From Candidatus Thiodiazotropha sp. (ex Monitilora ramsayi) (lineage in GTDB: Bacteria; Pseudomonadota; Gammaproteobacteria; Chromatiales; Chromatiaceae), in the NCBI GenBank assembly GCA_025655575.1, contig JAHXIP010000009.1, positions 7,500 to 71,499 of the forward strand: 64,000 nt of DNA, read 5' to 3'. Position 1 is the first letter of the stretch, and every line of letters begins with the position of its first letter. The translations under genes and the position numbers were made by a program. The notes below the pieces were generated by a model. The model did no database searches. It was not told the DNA's origin and saw nothing but the letters and a program-made list of their open reading frames with translations. Positions 19,627 to 29,216 of the stretch are shown here, one piece after another.

Positions 19627-20532
19627 TTACAGCGCTTCTTCGGCATGATCTTCACAGTAACTTCGAGCAAAATCGAGCAACTCTTCCATCGCGCGCAGAC
19701 GAAATTTTTGTTTCTGATGCACAAAGGAGAAGGGACGCTCCAGCGTCGGCACCAGATTGATTGCCCGTAAGGTGTCGAGTTTCAGCTCCTTCTGCACCGT
19801 CGCACGGGAAACGACGGAAACCCCCATGCCTGCCTCCACTGCACCCTTGACTGCCTCGGGGCTCCCCAGCTCCATTGAGATATTCAGGGTCGATTCACAG
19901 TGCTGACTCAGATATTCATTGATGACTTCACGCGTGCCTGAGCCCTCCTCACGGCAGATAAAGGGATATTCCAATAACGCATCAATACTCAGGGATTCCT
20001 TTTCCGCAAGGTCGTGATTAGGCGGTACGATAGCCACAAGATGGTCGAGACGACAGACCTCAACCACCAGGTTTTTATTACCCACAGGGGCCTCTACCAC
20101 GCCCAGATCGATGGTGTTGTTCTCAACCATCGAGACGATGCCATCGGAGTTCGAAACACGCAGGTGAATTGTCACCTCAGGATAGCGGGTGCCAAAGTCA
20201 CCCAGTAGCGCGGGTAGCATATACTCAGCGATTGTCGTACTGGCCCCGATCGTGAGCGCGCCACGGATCTCACCCGTCATCTCCCTGACAGAGTTCTCCA
20301 TATCTGCATAGAGATCGAAAATCCTGTCCGCATACTCGAAGACGCGGCTCCCGGCCTCGGTCAGGCTGATTCTGTTATGCGTCCGGTCAAACAGACGGGT
20401 ATTGAAATACTCCTCCAGTTGTCGCACCTGAAAGGTAACGGCAGGCTGGGTCATGTGGAGCGTTTCGGCCGCCTTGGTAAAGCTGAGTAAACGGGCTACG
20501 GTGTGGAAAACCTGTAATCTGCGATCCGCCAT
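19627..20532 (-). CDS. LysR-family transcriptional regulator (CysB/CmpR-like group)
   Basis: HTH SFTKAAETLHMTQPAVTFQVRQLE, LFDR, REEGSGTR. Confidence 0.95.
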   Translation of the reverse strand: MADRRLQVFHTVARLLSFTKAAETLHMTQPAVTFQVRQLEEYFNTRLFDRTHNRISLTEAGSRVFEYADRIFDLYADMENSVREMTGEIRGALTIGASTTIAEYMLPALLGDFGTRYPEVTIHLRVSNSDGIVSMVENNTIDLGVVEAPVGNKNLVVEVCRLDHLVAIVPPNHDLAEKESLSIDALLEYPFICREEGSGTREVINEYLSQHCESTLNISMELGSPEAVKGAVEAGMGVSVVSRATVQKELKLDTLRAINLVPTLERPFSFVHQKQKFRLRAMEELLDFARSYCEDHAEEAL

Positions 20533-20567
20533 TTTTTAGAAGCCTAATTCAGTTGTTCTTTATAGTA

Positions 20568-20582
20568 ATAAACTTAATTTAT
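20568..20582. promoter_or_regulatory. LTTR recognition box (T-N11-A)
   Basis: ATAA-N7-TTAT about 36 bp upstream of the lysR start, in the lysR/fadL divergent region. Confidence 0.45.
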
Positions 20583-20868
20583 ACCACAACTCCACAGGCT
20601 ATGGCAGCAGAGTTCTCAATCCAAATCCTGTGACGCCACACTCAGCCTCAAGACTCTCCATACCCATATTCCCAGATACTTCTAAGTAAATTCGTGTGCC
20701 AAATTTATGGTAATTCGATGAAATATCCTCTAGCCTGACAAAAAAGTACCCATTGTGTTGCAGATGGGACAGAATAAATCGTCACATGTAAGGCAAAAAC
20801 TCGCCGATCATAGAATATGGATTAATGGCGAGTTAACAATAATAGATATCCACGGCGGAGGTAACCGG

Positions 20869-22152
20869 ATGCAACTTAAAAAAACCTTTCAACTCTCACG
20901 ACTGGCGCTCTCCTGCGGCATTGCGATGCTGGCCATGAATCAATCGGTCCAGGCATCGGGATTTGCCGTACCTGAGCTGAACATCACCGGACTGGCGCTT
21001 TCCAATGCCCTGGTGGCCAATCCTGATTCTCTTGCGGCCATCGCCTATAATCCAGCTGCCATGTCATTCCACGAGGGCAGTTCTGTCGCAGCTGGTGCTT
21101 TGCTAGTAAAACCCGATCTGAGTGTCACAACCAGTGGCGCAGGCAGTGTCGACAGTGAAGCCAACGACATTGTGGGGATACCTACACTGTCTGCACATAC
21201 GAAACTTACCGAGACCTGGTCAATCGGCATCTCGGTTAATGCTCCATTTGGCTTGGAAACAGAGTGGCCGGCGGGAACTTTCGACAGTCAGTATCCTCCT
21301 GGGTCAACTATACCCACGCAGAGTAAACTGGAAATAGTTGCGTTCTCTCCCAGCGTCGCCTACAAAATCAACGATAATGTGAGTGTCGCCGGTGGTGTTG
21401 ACTACTACTGGATGCGAGAGGTAATTTTTAACGGCGATGTCAATAACCCGCTTGGCGCCAATCCGGCAGCCGATCTTAAGGGGGATGGCCGGGGTGTCGG
21501 TCTGAACCTAGGGCTCATTGTCGATCAGGGTAACTGGAGTTTTGGCGGTAGTTACCACTCAGAAGCCAACATCCCCATCGAAGGCACAGTTGACCTACCA
21601 GCCACCGCCCTACCTGCCTTTTTCTCAAACAACGTCCATGCTGACCTTAAGCTTCCCTATCGTCTGCAAGTGGGAGTAAGGAATCAAACCACGGACAAAC
21701 TCGCCATTGAATTCGATATTACCCGTACAGGCTGGAGCTCATTCGACAAACTTGTTGTCGATCACGACCAGTATGGTGTCAACATCGTTACTAGCGATAA
21801 TAATTGGGATGACGCCAACGCCTACCGACTGGGTGCTACCTATGACATCAGTCAGGCGACTCAGTTAAGGATCGGTTACACCTTTGATGAGACACCACAA
21901 GACGATGCTTTCTTCAGTCCACGTATCCCCGATTCTGACCGTCAACTCTTCAGCTTCGGATTAGGCCACACGCTGGGTAACGGCTGGACCATCGATGCGG
22001 GCTACATGTACGTCAAGTTCGACGAAAGAACGATAAACAGCACAACAGCAGCCGTTGCCGGTCAAGAGACAAACGGCACAACGGCGGTCAATGGCACCTA
22101 TGATTCCAGCGTCCACTTGCTCGGCCTGGGTGTGACGATGCACTTTATGTAA
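20869..22152 (+). CDS. OmpP1/FadL/TodX-family outer membrane channel
   Basis: Signal peptide, NPAAM, PFGLETEW, SPRIPDSDR, C-terminal aromatic residue. Start set at ATG 20869 after GGAGG. Confidence 0.9.
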   Translation: MQLKKTFQLSRLALSCGIAMLAMNQSVQASGFAVPELNITGLALSNALVANPDSLAAIAYNPAAMSFHEGSSVAAGALLVKPDLSVTTSGAGSVDSEANDIVGIPTLSAHTKLTETWSIGISVNAPFGLETEWPAGTFDSQYPPGSTIPTQSKLEIVAFSPSVAYKINDNVSVAGGVDYYWMREVIFNGDVNNPLGANPAADLKGDGRGVGLNLGLIVDQGNWSFGGSYHSEANIPIEGTVDLPATALPAFFSNNVHADLKLPYRLQVGVRNQTTDKLAIEFDITRTGWSSFDKLVVDHDQYGVNIVTSDNNWDDANAYRLGATYDISQATQLRIGYTFDETPQDDAFFSPRIPDSDRQLFSFGLGHTLGNGWTIDAGYMYVKFDERTINSTTAAVAGQETNGTTAVNGTYDSSVHLLGLGVTMHFM

Positions 22153-22180
22153 CCGCTAAAAACTTGTTGAATCGATGAAT

Positions 22181-22211
22181 AGAGGCCCCGCATAGCGCGG
22201 GGCCTCTTTTT
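22181..22211 (+). terminator. Rho-independent terminator of the FadL-like gene
   Basis: AGAGGCCCCGC-ATAGC-GCGGGGCCTCT followed by a T-run. Confidence 0.85.
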
Positions 22212-22221
22212 GTTCAGGCAT

Positions 22222-22248
22222 AAAAAACGCCGCCCTTGTGGGGCGGCG
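22222..22248 (-). terminator. Rho-independent terminator of the rhd-tusA-dsrE2 run
   Basis: A6 followed by CGCCGCCC-TTGTG-GGGCGGCG hairpin. Confidence 0.75.
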
Positions 22249-22271
22249 CCGTGACTGCATTTTACAAAGGG

Positions 22272-22754
22272 TTAGATGTAAAGGCAGATATCGCTTTCAC
22301 CGGCAAACTCGAAAAAGCGAGCAGCACCGGCGTACTCAATACCATCGATAAATTCCGCGGTATTGAGTTCAAACAGGTCAACGGTCATTTGACAGGCGAT
22401 CAGTTTAACCTCGGCCTCCTGGCACAGCTCACGCAGCTCTGCAAGGTCAGCCACGCCTTTCGAGGCCATCTTTTTCTTCATCATACCGGTCATCATGCCC
22501 TGCATGCCCGGCAAAGCAAGACCCAGTACTGGAAACCACTTATCCATGCCCATGGGCATCGGCATACCCGGATTACCCAGCGGTGTCACTTCCAGCGCCA
22601 AGTCTCTCTTCAACAGCTGCAGACCATAGAAAGTGAAGAAGATCTCGGTCTCGTAACCCAGGGCAGCCGCAGTGGATGCCAGGATAAAGGGAGGATAGGC
22701 CCAATCAAGCGAGCCCTTGGTGGCAATGATGGCTAACTTTTTTTCGTCCGACAT
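22272..22754 (-). CDS. dsrE2: DsrE2-type sulfurtransferase (DsrE/DsrF/DrsH-like)
   Basis: KLAIIATKGSLDWAYPPFILASTAAA, FFTFYGL, ACQMTVDL; located downstream of tusA. Confidence 0.85.
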   Translation of the reverse strand: MSDEKKLAIIATKGSLDWAYPPFILASTAAALGYETEIFFTFYGLQLLKRDLALEVTPLGNPGMPMPMGMDKWFPVLGLALPGMQGMMTGMMKKKMASKGVADLAELRELCQEAEVKLIACQMTVDLFELNTAEFIDGIEYAGAARFFEFAGESDICLYI

Positions 22755-22789
22755 CGTTTACGTCTCCTAAAAAGGTTCTGACCGAAGTA

Positions 22790-23020
22790 TCAAGCCTTCT
22801 TGATCAGAAATTCGAATTTGCCACCCACTTCCTTGGACTCCATCAGCTCGTTACCGGTCTGATTGGCGAAAGCCTCAAAATCCTTCACTGAACCGGGGTC
22901 GGTTGCAATGATGTGCAGCACTTGGCCGGATTCCATACCATTAAGGGTTTTCTTTGCACGCAGGATCGGCAGGGGACAGTTGAGCCCGCTCGCGTCCAAT
23001 TCTTGATCAAAATCTGCCAT
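22790..23020 (-). CDS. tusA: Sulfur carrier protein TusA
   Basis: LDASGLNCPLPIL motif, TDPGSVKDF. Confidence 0.93.
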   Translation of the reverse strand: MADFDQELDASGLNCPLPILRAKKTLNGMESGQVLHIIATDPGSVKDFEAFANQTGNELMESKEVGGKFEFLIKKA

Positions 23021-23174
23021 GGTATGACCTCCAGCTATATCGATGTTTTAGTATGTTGGAAAAAACTCAGACGGGCTTTTATATGACAAGCGTCTCTGAA
23101 ACGCAAGCAAACCCACTGCTGAGAACCTTTATGTTTCATTAAGCCCAAATTTCAAATTACTCATTATCAGACAC

Positions 23175-23504
23175 TTAGCTTGCAAGGCGTGTCTCCAATT
23201 GATACCCGGATCTAGCCCATCCCAAGATGCCGCCACGCAGATTGATGGTATTCTCATAACCCTGTTGCGCCAGGTAAGCACAGGCGTGGTAGGAACGTGC
23301 GCCACTATGGCAATAAAGAATGACGTCCTTATCCTTCGGCAACTCGCTAATGCGCAGAGGAATCAGGTGCATCGGCAAATGCTGTGCTTCAGGGAGCACG
23401 CCTTGAGCCAATTCACCTTCGCTGCGAATATCTAGCAGTATCAAATCATCACCTTCAGCAATGCGAGTCTGCAGATCGAAAGCGTCGATTTCTTTGATCA
23501 TCAC
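23175..23504 (-). CDS. rhd: Single-domain rhodanese (Rhd)
   Basis: LLDIR, YCHSGARS active-site loop, NLRGGI..W; first gene of the rhd-tusA-dsrE2 arrangement. Confidence 0.9.
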   Translation of the reverse strand: MMIKEIDAFDLQTRIAEGDDLILLDIRSEGELAQGVLPEAQHLPMHLIPLRISELPKDKDVILYCHSGARSYHACAYLAQQGYENTINLRGGILGWARSGYQLETRLAS

Positions 23505-23677
23505 GGGTGGGTAACCTTAAAAAAAGAAAAATAAGGTTTATTAGTATATTAATGTGTTTAAATATTGCAACCAGGAATATCACTTTCCCTTCAAGTTTTT
23601 CGAGATGATTGAGCCGTGTTAAAGTCTTCCAAACTCAGAATCTCGCCCAAAAGAATACAACTATCAGGCTGAATATC

Positions 23678-25102
23678 ATGGATTTTTTCCCCATTTTTCT
23701 TGACGTTAAAAATAAGCCATGTCTGGTCGTGGGTGGCGGTTCTGTTGCGGAGCGTAAAACAGCTTCTCTACTCAAATCCGGAGCTGATGTCACGCTGGTA
23801 GCACCGGAATTAACCCACAATCTGACCACTTGGCGGGATATGGGGCAGCTGACGCATCAAGCAAGGGAGTTCTCGGCTCAAGATTTGGACGGCTGCCATC
23901 TGGTCATCGCAGCAACCGACCAACCCGCCATCAATCGACTGATATCTGAGTTGGCAAACCAGCAGCGGACCCCCGTCAATGTAGTCGATCAACAGGAACT
24001 CTGTAGTTTCATCCTGCCTTCAGTCATTGATCGCTCACCGGTAGTGGCCGCCATCTCCACCGGGGGTGCATCCCCGGTACTGGCACGCCTCATTCGTGCT
24101 CGCCTGGAGTCGATGATACCTGCCGGGTACGGCCGTCTTGCCGAGCTCTGCAACCGTTTTCGTCAGCGCGTCAAGGAGACCTTTGCCAAACCAGCCGACC
24201 GACGGCTCTTCTGGGAGCGAACCCTGGAAAGCGGCGTGGCTGAGCGCATTTTCTCCGGGCACGATGCTGAGGCAAACGAGTTGATGGAGAAGGCCCTCAC
24301 CAACACCCGACTTTCACAGGATATCGGTGAGGTCTATCTCGTCGGCGCCGGTCCTGGCGACCCTGACTTACTGACCTTTCGCGCCTTGCGCCTGATGCAA
24401 CAGGCCGACGTAGTGGTCTACGATCGTCTGGTGGCTAAACCCATACTCGAAATGACCCGGCACGATGCGGAACATATCTATGTAGGTAAAGAGCGAGATA
24501 AACACACCATGCGTCAGGAGGAGATCAACAAACTCCTGGCCAGCCTGGCCAAACAGGGTAAGCGGGTACTCCGACTTAAGGGAGGTGACCCCTTTATATT
24601 TGGGCGGGGAGGTGAAGAAATAGACACCCTGGCCGCGGAGGGTGTGCCTTTTCAGGTGATTCCCGGTATCACAGCGGCCGCGGGTTGTGCCTCATATGCA
24701 GGCATACCGCTCACACACAGGGATTACGCTCAGTCAGTTACTTTCGTCACAGGCCATCTCAAGGATGGCACGATGAACATCAACTGGCCCATGCTGGCCC
24801 AACCCAATCAGACGATCGTCTTCTACATGGGACTGGTAGGGCTGCCTGTTATCTGCAGGGAGTTACAACACCACGGCGCAGGGGGCGACATGCCCATCGC
24901 GCTGGTCCAGCAAGGTACGACCCACAAGCAAAGGGTATTTACCGGCACGCTGGAGACCATCCAGCAGATTGTAGAAAAGGAGAAACCCAAACCACCTACT
25001 TTGATCATCGTTGGTCACGTGGTGGAGTTGCAGGAGAAGCTGGCCTGGTTCGTGGCGCCACCTCATTCGGATCAAGGGGCCACCTCGCCGGTCGATTTTT
25101 AA
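23678..25102 (+). CDS. cysG: Siroheme synthase
   Basis: FPIFL, VVGGGSVAERK, AISTGGASPVLAR, VGAGPGDPDLLT, RLKGGDPFIFGRGGEE. Start set at MDFFPIF. Confidence 0.95.
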   Translation: MDFFPIFLDVKNKPCLVVGGGSVAERKTASLLKSGADVTLVAPELTHNLTTWRDMGQLTHQAREFSAQDLDGCHLVIAATDQPAINRLISELANQQRTPVNVVDQQELCSFILPSVIDRSPVVAAISTGGASPVLARLIRARLESMIPAGYGRLAELCNRFRQRVKETFAKPADRRLFWERTLESGVAERIFSGHDAEANELMEKALTNTRLSQDIGEVYLVGAGPGDPDLLTFRALRLMQQADVVVYDRLVAKPILEMTRHDAEHIYVGKERDKHTMRQEEINKLLASLAKQGKRVLRLKGGDPFIFGRGGEEIDTLAAEGVPFQVIPGITAAAGCASYAGIPLTHRDYAQSVTFVTGHLKDGTMNINWPMLAQPNQTIVFYMGLVGLPVICRELQHHGAGGDMPIALVQQGTTHKQRVFTGTLETIQQIVEKEKPKPPTLIIVGHVVELQEKLAWFVAPPHSDQGATSPVDF

Positions 25103-25119
25103 CTGCCTGAGGCAGATCT

Positions 25120-25587
25120 CTATGATTTCGGACTCAGCTGATCATCCCTTAACTTTGGTGTGAAGTAGTCATCTGCCACTTCGATATCAACGGGGTCGCC
25201 TGCCTCATTCACGAGTCGTTGCTCATAGTCGTTCCAACCGCGCAGACCGGTTTTCAGGGAGGCCACGTTCCCGAACCCAAGCAGATGCATGGAAAATGCC
25301 GCCAATACACTACGATAACCCGATCGACAGACCACCACGATCTCTCGTTCCCTGGCCTTCACCAATTCGGGAATCGTCTCTTCGTAGTCCCATTCACAGG
25401 CTGACTCGAGGATTCCCCTGGGTGCAGCGATAGACCCCTCGATATGCATGGCATCGTACTCATAGGGCTCCCGAACGTCGACAACCATGAGTTCGGGATT
25501 CTCCGCCATACGTTCTTCCAGATCCCAGGGCATGATCTCCTTTACAGCACCAAGGCACTCGCTGATCAAGCCGAGAAAATTTTTCAT
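25120..25587 (-). CDS. Rhodanese-like domain protein
   Basis: VVDVREPYEY, VVCRSGYRS, SLKTGLRGW. Confidence 0.88.
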   Translation of the reverse strand: MKNFLGLISECLGAVKEIMPWDLEERMAENPELMVVDVREPYEYDAMHIEGSIAAPRGILESACEWDYEETIPELVKAREREIVVVCRSGYRSVLAAFSMHLLGFGNVASLKTGLRGWNDYEQRLVNEAGDPVDIEVADDYFTPKLRDDQLSPKS

Positions 25588-25629
25588 GTCGTTTGTTCCA
25601 CTTGTGGGAGAGAAATCATTCCTCCCAAT

Positions 25630-26292
25630 TTAAATCGTATTATTCTGTGAGCCTCTTGAGCAGAGATTCTGTTCGACTGCGATCACTGCCGCCTCAACCC
25701 GCGAATGTACCTCCAGCTTACGTAAAATCGCCTTGACGTGGAGTTTAACGGTGCCATCGGAGATACCCAGATTTCGTGCGATGACCTTATTGCTTTGTCC
25801 ATCAGCCAGATGACAGAGAATTTCCCGCTCCCGTGGCGTCAGGTCATCCAGCGATGACGTCTGCTTGCTGCTACTGGGCGGCTCTCCCTGTACTGCCTTG
25901 GCCAGCACACTGGTCAGCTCGTTGGCGACGACAGTATTGCCCTTGACGATCTGTTGTAAGGCATCGATCAGTTCATTCGGTTCCATATCCTTCAGCAGAT
26001 ACCCCTGAGCGCCTGTCTGCAGTGCCTCGATGACATCCGACTCCTCCCTGCTGGTAGTCAGCATACTGATCGGCATGTCAGGATAGTGCTTACGAAGCAC
26101 CGACAGGACTTCCGTGCCGGTCATATCCGGCATGCGCATATCGAGCAACACCACATCCGGTTTCTCCTGAGCCACAATCTCTATGCCCTTCAGACAATCA
26201 CCCTCGGCCACGACATCAATCCCCCGTCGCTCCAGCAACTCCTGAAGCCCAATACGAAACAGGGCATGATCATCGATCAGCAGCACGCGCAT
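25630..26292 (-). CDS. NarL/LuxR-family response regulator
   Basis: LIDDH, LLDMRMP, GYLLKD; HTH LTPREREIL..LADG.SNK.IA..L.ISDGTVK.H. Confidence 0.93.
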   Translation of the reverse strand: MRVLLIDDHALFRIGLQELLERRGIDVVAEGDCLKGIEIVAQEKPDVVLLDMRMPDMTGTEVLSVLRKHYPDMPISMLTTSREESDVIEALQTGAQGYLLKDMEPNELIDALQQIVKGNTVVANELTSVLAKAVQGEPPSSSKQTSSLDDLTPREREILCHLADGQSNKVIARNLGISDGTVKLHVKAILRKLEVHSRVEAAVIAVEQNLCSRGSQNNTI

Positions 26293-26297
26293 CTCAT

Positions 26298-27971
26298 CTA
26301 CCTCTGCAAACTCGCTTCGCTCTTGGCGCTGCGAATAATCAGCTCAACCCGGGTTCCTTCTCCCGGTTCGCTCTCAATGGAAAAGTCACCGCCAATCCTT
26401 CTCGCCCGCTCCTCCATGATTGACAGTCCAATATGCTCGCCCGGATTCCCTTTGGGTGCAGTGCCTTCAAAACCCACACCGTCATCCTCCACCAGAATCA
26501 GATAGCTACCAGGACTGCGACAACGTAACAGGACGCGTACCGTATGCGCCTTAGCATGTTTACGTATATTTGCCAGTGATTCCTGCACAATTCTCAATGC
26601 CTGCATCTCTTGTGTGGTATCGAGATCTACCTTGATACAGTCCGGTTGAAAAAAAGCCGATATACCTGTCTCCTGCTGGAAACGCTCCACCAACTTTTCC
26701 AGGGCCTGGACCAAACCCCGCTGATCCAGTGGTGCGCGAAAACTGTTGATCAGCTCTCTCAGTTCATCATGCGCCTCATCCAGACCATTGTGGATTCGCT
26801 GAGCCTCAAACATCAACTTCTCCGAGGCATTGCCATCCTGCAGGGTATCCTCCAACATACGGATCTGGAAACGCAGACTGGCCAGCGTCTGAGCCAGTGA
26901 ATCGTGCAGTTCATGGGCCAGGGAGGTCCGCTCCTCGACAATGGATAGCCGTCGAGCCTCGGTATCTGAACGTTGTTTGGCCACCGCCATACCCAGGTGA
27001 CTACCAATCGTATTCAGGATATCCAGCACATCTTCCCGGCCATCGTAGATGCCCGGTTTGTCGACGTAGAGATGGTAGAAACCCAATACATCACCGTGAT
27101 ACCACATCGGTACGGAGACCCGTTCCACCTCATCCGGACCAAACATGCGACGATCATTTCTGTTTGAACAGATTCCGGCATCCTGCGAGCAGAGGATATC
27201 TCCCGGCGACAGCGCGATACCGCACTGGCAGAGTTTAATCGGTAACATCTCCTGCTCGTTGTAGAGTCTGCCGTTTTGATCAATACACCCGACCTGCCGC
27301 ACTCGGTCACCCTGAAGCACTAAATGAACTGTGGCGGAGCGGGCACTGACCATGCGCTTGAAGACGCCCATATATTCCAGCAGCAGCTCATCAAGATTTT
27401 CCGACTGGTTGATACCGGCAGCCACATCGTACAGCACCTGAAGTGAGGTGGTCTTCTGCGCCAGGCGCCATGTCTGACGGGCCACACGCACTTCCATATC
27501 CTCATAGATATCAGTTAGCTCCTCGTTCAGGCTGTCGATATCTTTTGCCATTCCACTCAATACTCCGGTCTGTTCCGGGACCCGATTGGCCACTGGTTCA
27601 CCCTGGCAGACCTGATTGACAGTCTGCTCCAACGACGCCAGCGGACGCAGCAGTTGGCTACGCAAACGTATCAATAACATCAGTAAAGAGAAAAGCGCCA
27701 TCAGGCTGGCAACGAAGAGCAGTCCTTGTAGCAGCTGGCGACTCCCCTGCTCCGCAAGCAGCATGAGTGCAAACAGCAGGCAAAAGAGGATGCTCAGTCC
27801 TAACATCAGGATCGGAACAAGCAGATTGCCGGTAACCAAAATACGTAGACTCGGCCAGTGCCGGGAATCAATCATCCCCTCAAGCCAGGTCAACCAACCA
27901 TGCTCGCGCTGATAATCTTCACCCCTGGCGCCACCCGCCGTCAGGACTGTCCGTTTCTCTTCAACTTGCAT
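26298..27971 (-). CDS. NarX-like (HisKA_3) sensor kinase with HAMP and Cys-containing GAF-like domain
   Basis: Two TM helices, HAMP-like segment, ERTSLAHELHDSLAQ, RIVQESLANIRKHA, DDGVGF, HIGLSIM.ERA. Confidence 0.9.
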   Translation of the reverse strand: MQVEEKRTVLTAGGARGEDYQREHGWLTWLEGMIDSRHWPSLRILVTGNLLVPILMLGLSILFCLLFALMLLAEQGSRQLLQGLLFVASLMALFSLLMLLIRLRSQLLRPLASLEQTVNQVCQGEPVANRVPEQTGVLSGMAKDIDSLNEELTDIYEDMEVRVARQTWRLAQKTTSLQVLYDVAAGINQSENLDELLLEYMGVFKRMVSARSATVHLVLQGDRVRQVGCIDQNGRLYNEQEMLPIKLCQCGIALSPGDILCSQDAGICSNRNDRRMFGPDEVERVSVPMWYHGDVLGFYHLYVDKPGIYDGREDVLDILNTIGSHLGMAVAKQRSDTEARRLSIVEERTSLAHELHDSLAQTLASLRFQIRMLEDTLQDGNASEKLMFEAQRIHNGLDEAHDELRELINSFRAPLDQRGLVQALEKLVERFQQETGISAFFQPDCIKVDLDTTQEMQALRIVQESLANIRKHAKAHTVRVLLRCRSPGSYLILVEDDGVGFEGTAPKGNPGEHIGLSIMEERARRIGGDFSIESEPGEGTRVELIIRSAKSEASLQR

Positions 27972-27983
27972 AATGGGACTCTA

Positions 27984-29150
27984 TCACGAACCACTCTCAT
28001 CGGCGTTGACGATTACTCCGGCATTCAAGCGTTCATGCAGTTGCTCTTCCCGCCATGTCTGCAACGCCTGGCCCAAGGCTTTACCCTGTAAATCCTGCTG
28101 ATAAAAAGATGCGGGAGGCTTGCTCAGAAGAACCTCGCTGGCCAGCATCAATCCGTCTTCCCGCTGCACCAGCGCATCCGGCCATAGTGCCTTAGCCGCA
28201 AGCATGAAGCGCTGGAAACGCTGTGGCTGTTGTTGTGGCTTCAAGCGACCCACAAGTTCCAGCAGACCGCGGAAATCCTGCGGCGACGGGAAGCCGTTCC
28301 GCAAGCCTAGAAGATCATTGAGCAGTTGACTCTCATCCCGTCCGGCCCGCATTGATCCTAACCATTCATCGATATCATCGACACTGTCAGCAGAATCGTA
28401 AAGTGAGACCGAAAGTCGGACACTGGGATCGCCTGTCAGTGTGACAGCACGCTTAAGTGCCGCCAAACTTTCTGCCTCCTGATCACTTTTGTGGGATCCT
28501 GGTATACCCAGGGTATGATCGACTGTGGGCATCAGATGCAGCAAGACACCACTGCGATGCAGGACCTCGAAAAAGCGCCAGGGCTGTGTCTCTGCCATGG
28601 CTCGACTCATCTCTCGCCAGACCCTTTCAGCCTTGAGATTGGCCAGATCCGGCGAGACTGCCATCTGTTTCATCAGCCCATGGGTTCCATGGGCCACACG
28701 AAAACCCCACTGCCCCAGCTTGGCGGCAAAACGGGCGATCCGCAGCAGCCGTACCGGATCTTCTGCAAAGGCTGGCGTTATATGGCGCAAGAGACCATTT
28801 TCCAGGTCCTCGCGGCCGCCACAGACATCAATCAGGTTTCCAGCCGCATCCATGGCCAGAGCGTTGATTGTCAGGTCCCTGCGTAACAGATCCTGCTCAA
28901 GGGTGACCTCTGGACCTGATGCGATGCGAAAGCCTTTGTAGCCGGGTCCGGTCTTCTCCTCAGTGCGCGCCAAGGCATACTCATCCCGACTCTCGGGATG
29001 GAGAAACACAGGAAAGTCTGCATCGATCGGACGAAAGCCCTGGGCCAGCATCTGTGCTGAGGTGGCACCCACCACGACCCAGTCCCGCTCATGCACGGGC
29101 AACTCGAGAAGTTGATCCCTAACTGCACCACCCACTAAGTAGATCTTCAC
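27984..29150 (-). CDS. cca: tRNA nucleotidyltransferase (CCA-adding enzyme), HD domain degenerate
   Basis: KIYLVGGAVRD, ERDWVVVG, RRDLTINA, EDPVRLLRIARF. Start set at GTG 29150. Confidence 0.9.
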   Translation of the reverse strand: MKIYLVGGAVRDQLLELPVHERDWVVVGATSAQMLAQGFRPIDADFPVFLHPESRDEYALARTEEKTGPGYKGFRIASGPEVTLEQDLLRRDLTINALAMDAAGNLIDVCGGREDLENGLLRHITPAFAEDPVRLLRIARFAAKLGQWGFRVAHGTHGLMKQMAVSPDLANLKAERVWREMSRAMAETQPWRFFEVLHRSGVLLHLMPTVDHTLGIPGSHKSDQEAESLAALKRAVTLTGDPSVRLSVSLYDSADSVDDIDEWLGSMRAGRDESQLLNDLLGLRNGFPSPQDFRGLLELVGRLKPQQQPQRFQRFMLAAKALWPDALVQREDGLMLASEVLLSKPPASFYQQDLQGKALGQALQTWREEQLHERLNAGVIVNADESGS

Positions 29151-29216
29151 TGTTTCAACCTCGCCACACTGCACAGACGGATTGGCCACCGGGCATGGGA
29201 AACTGCTGCACACAGA

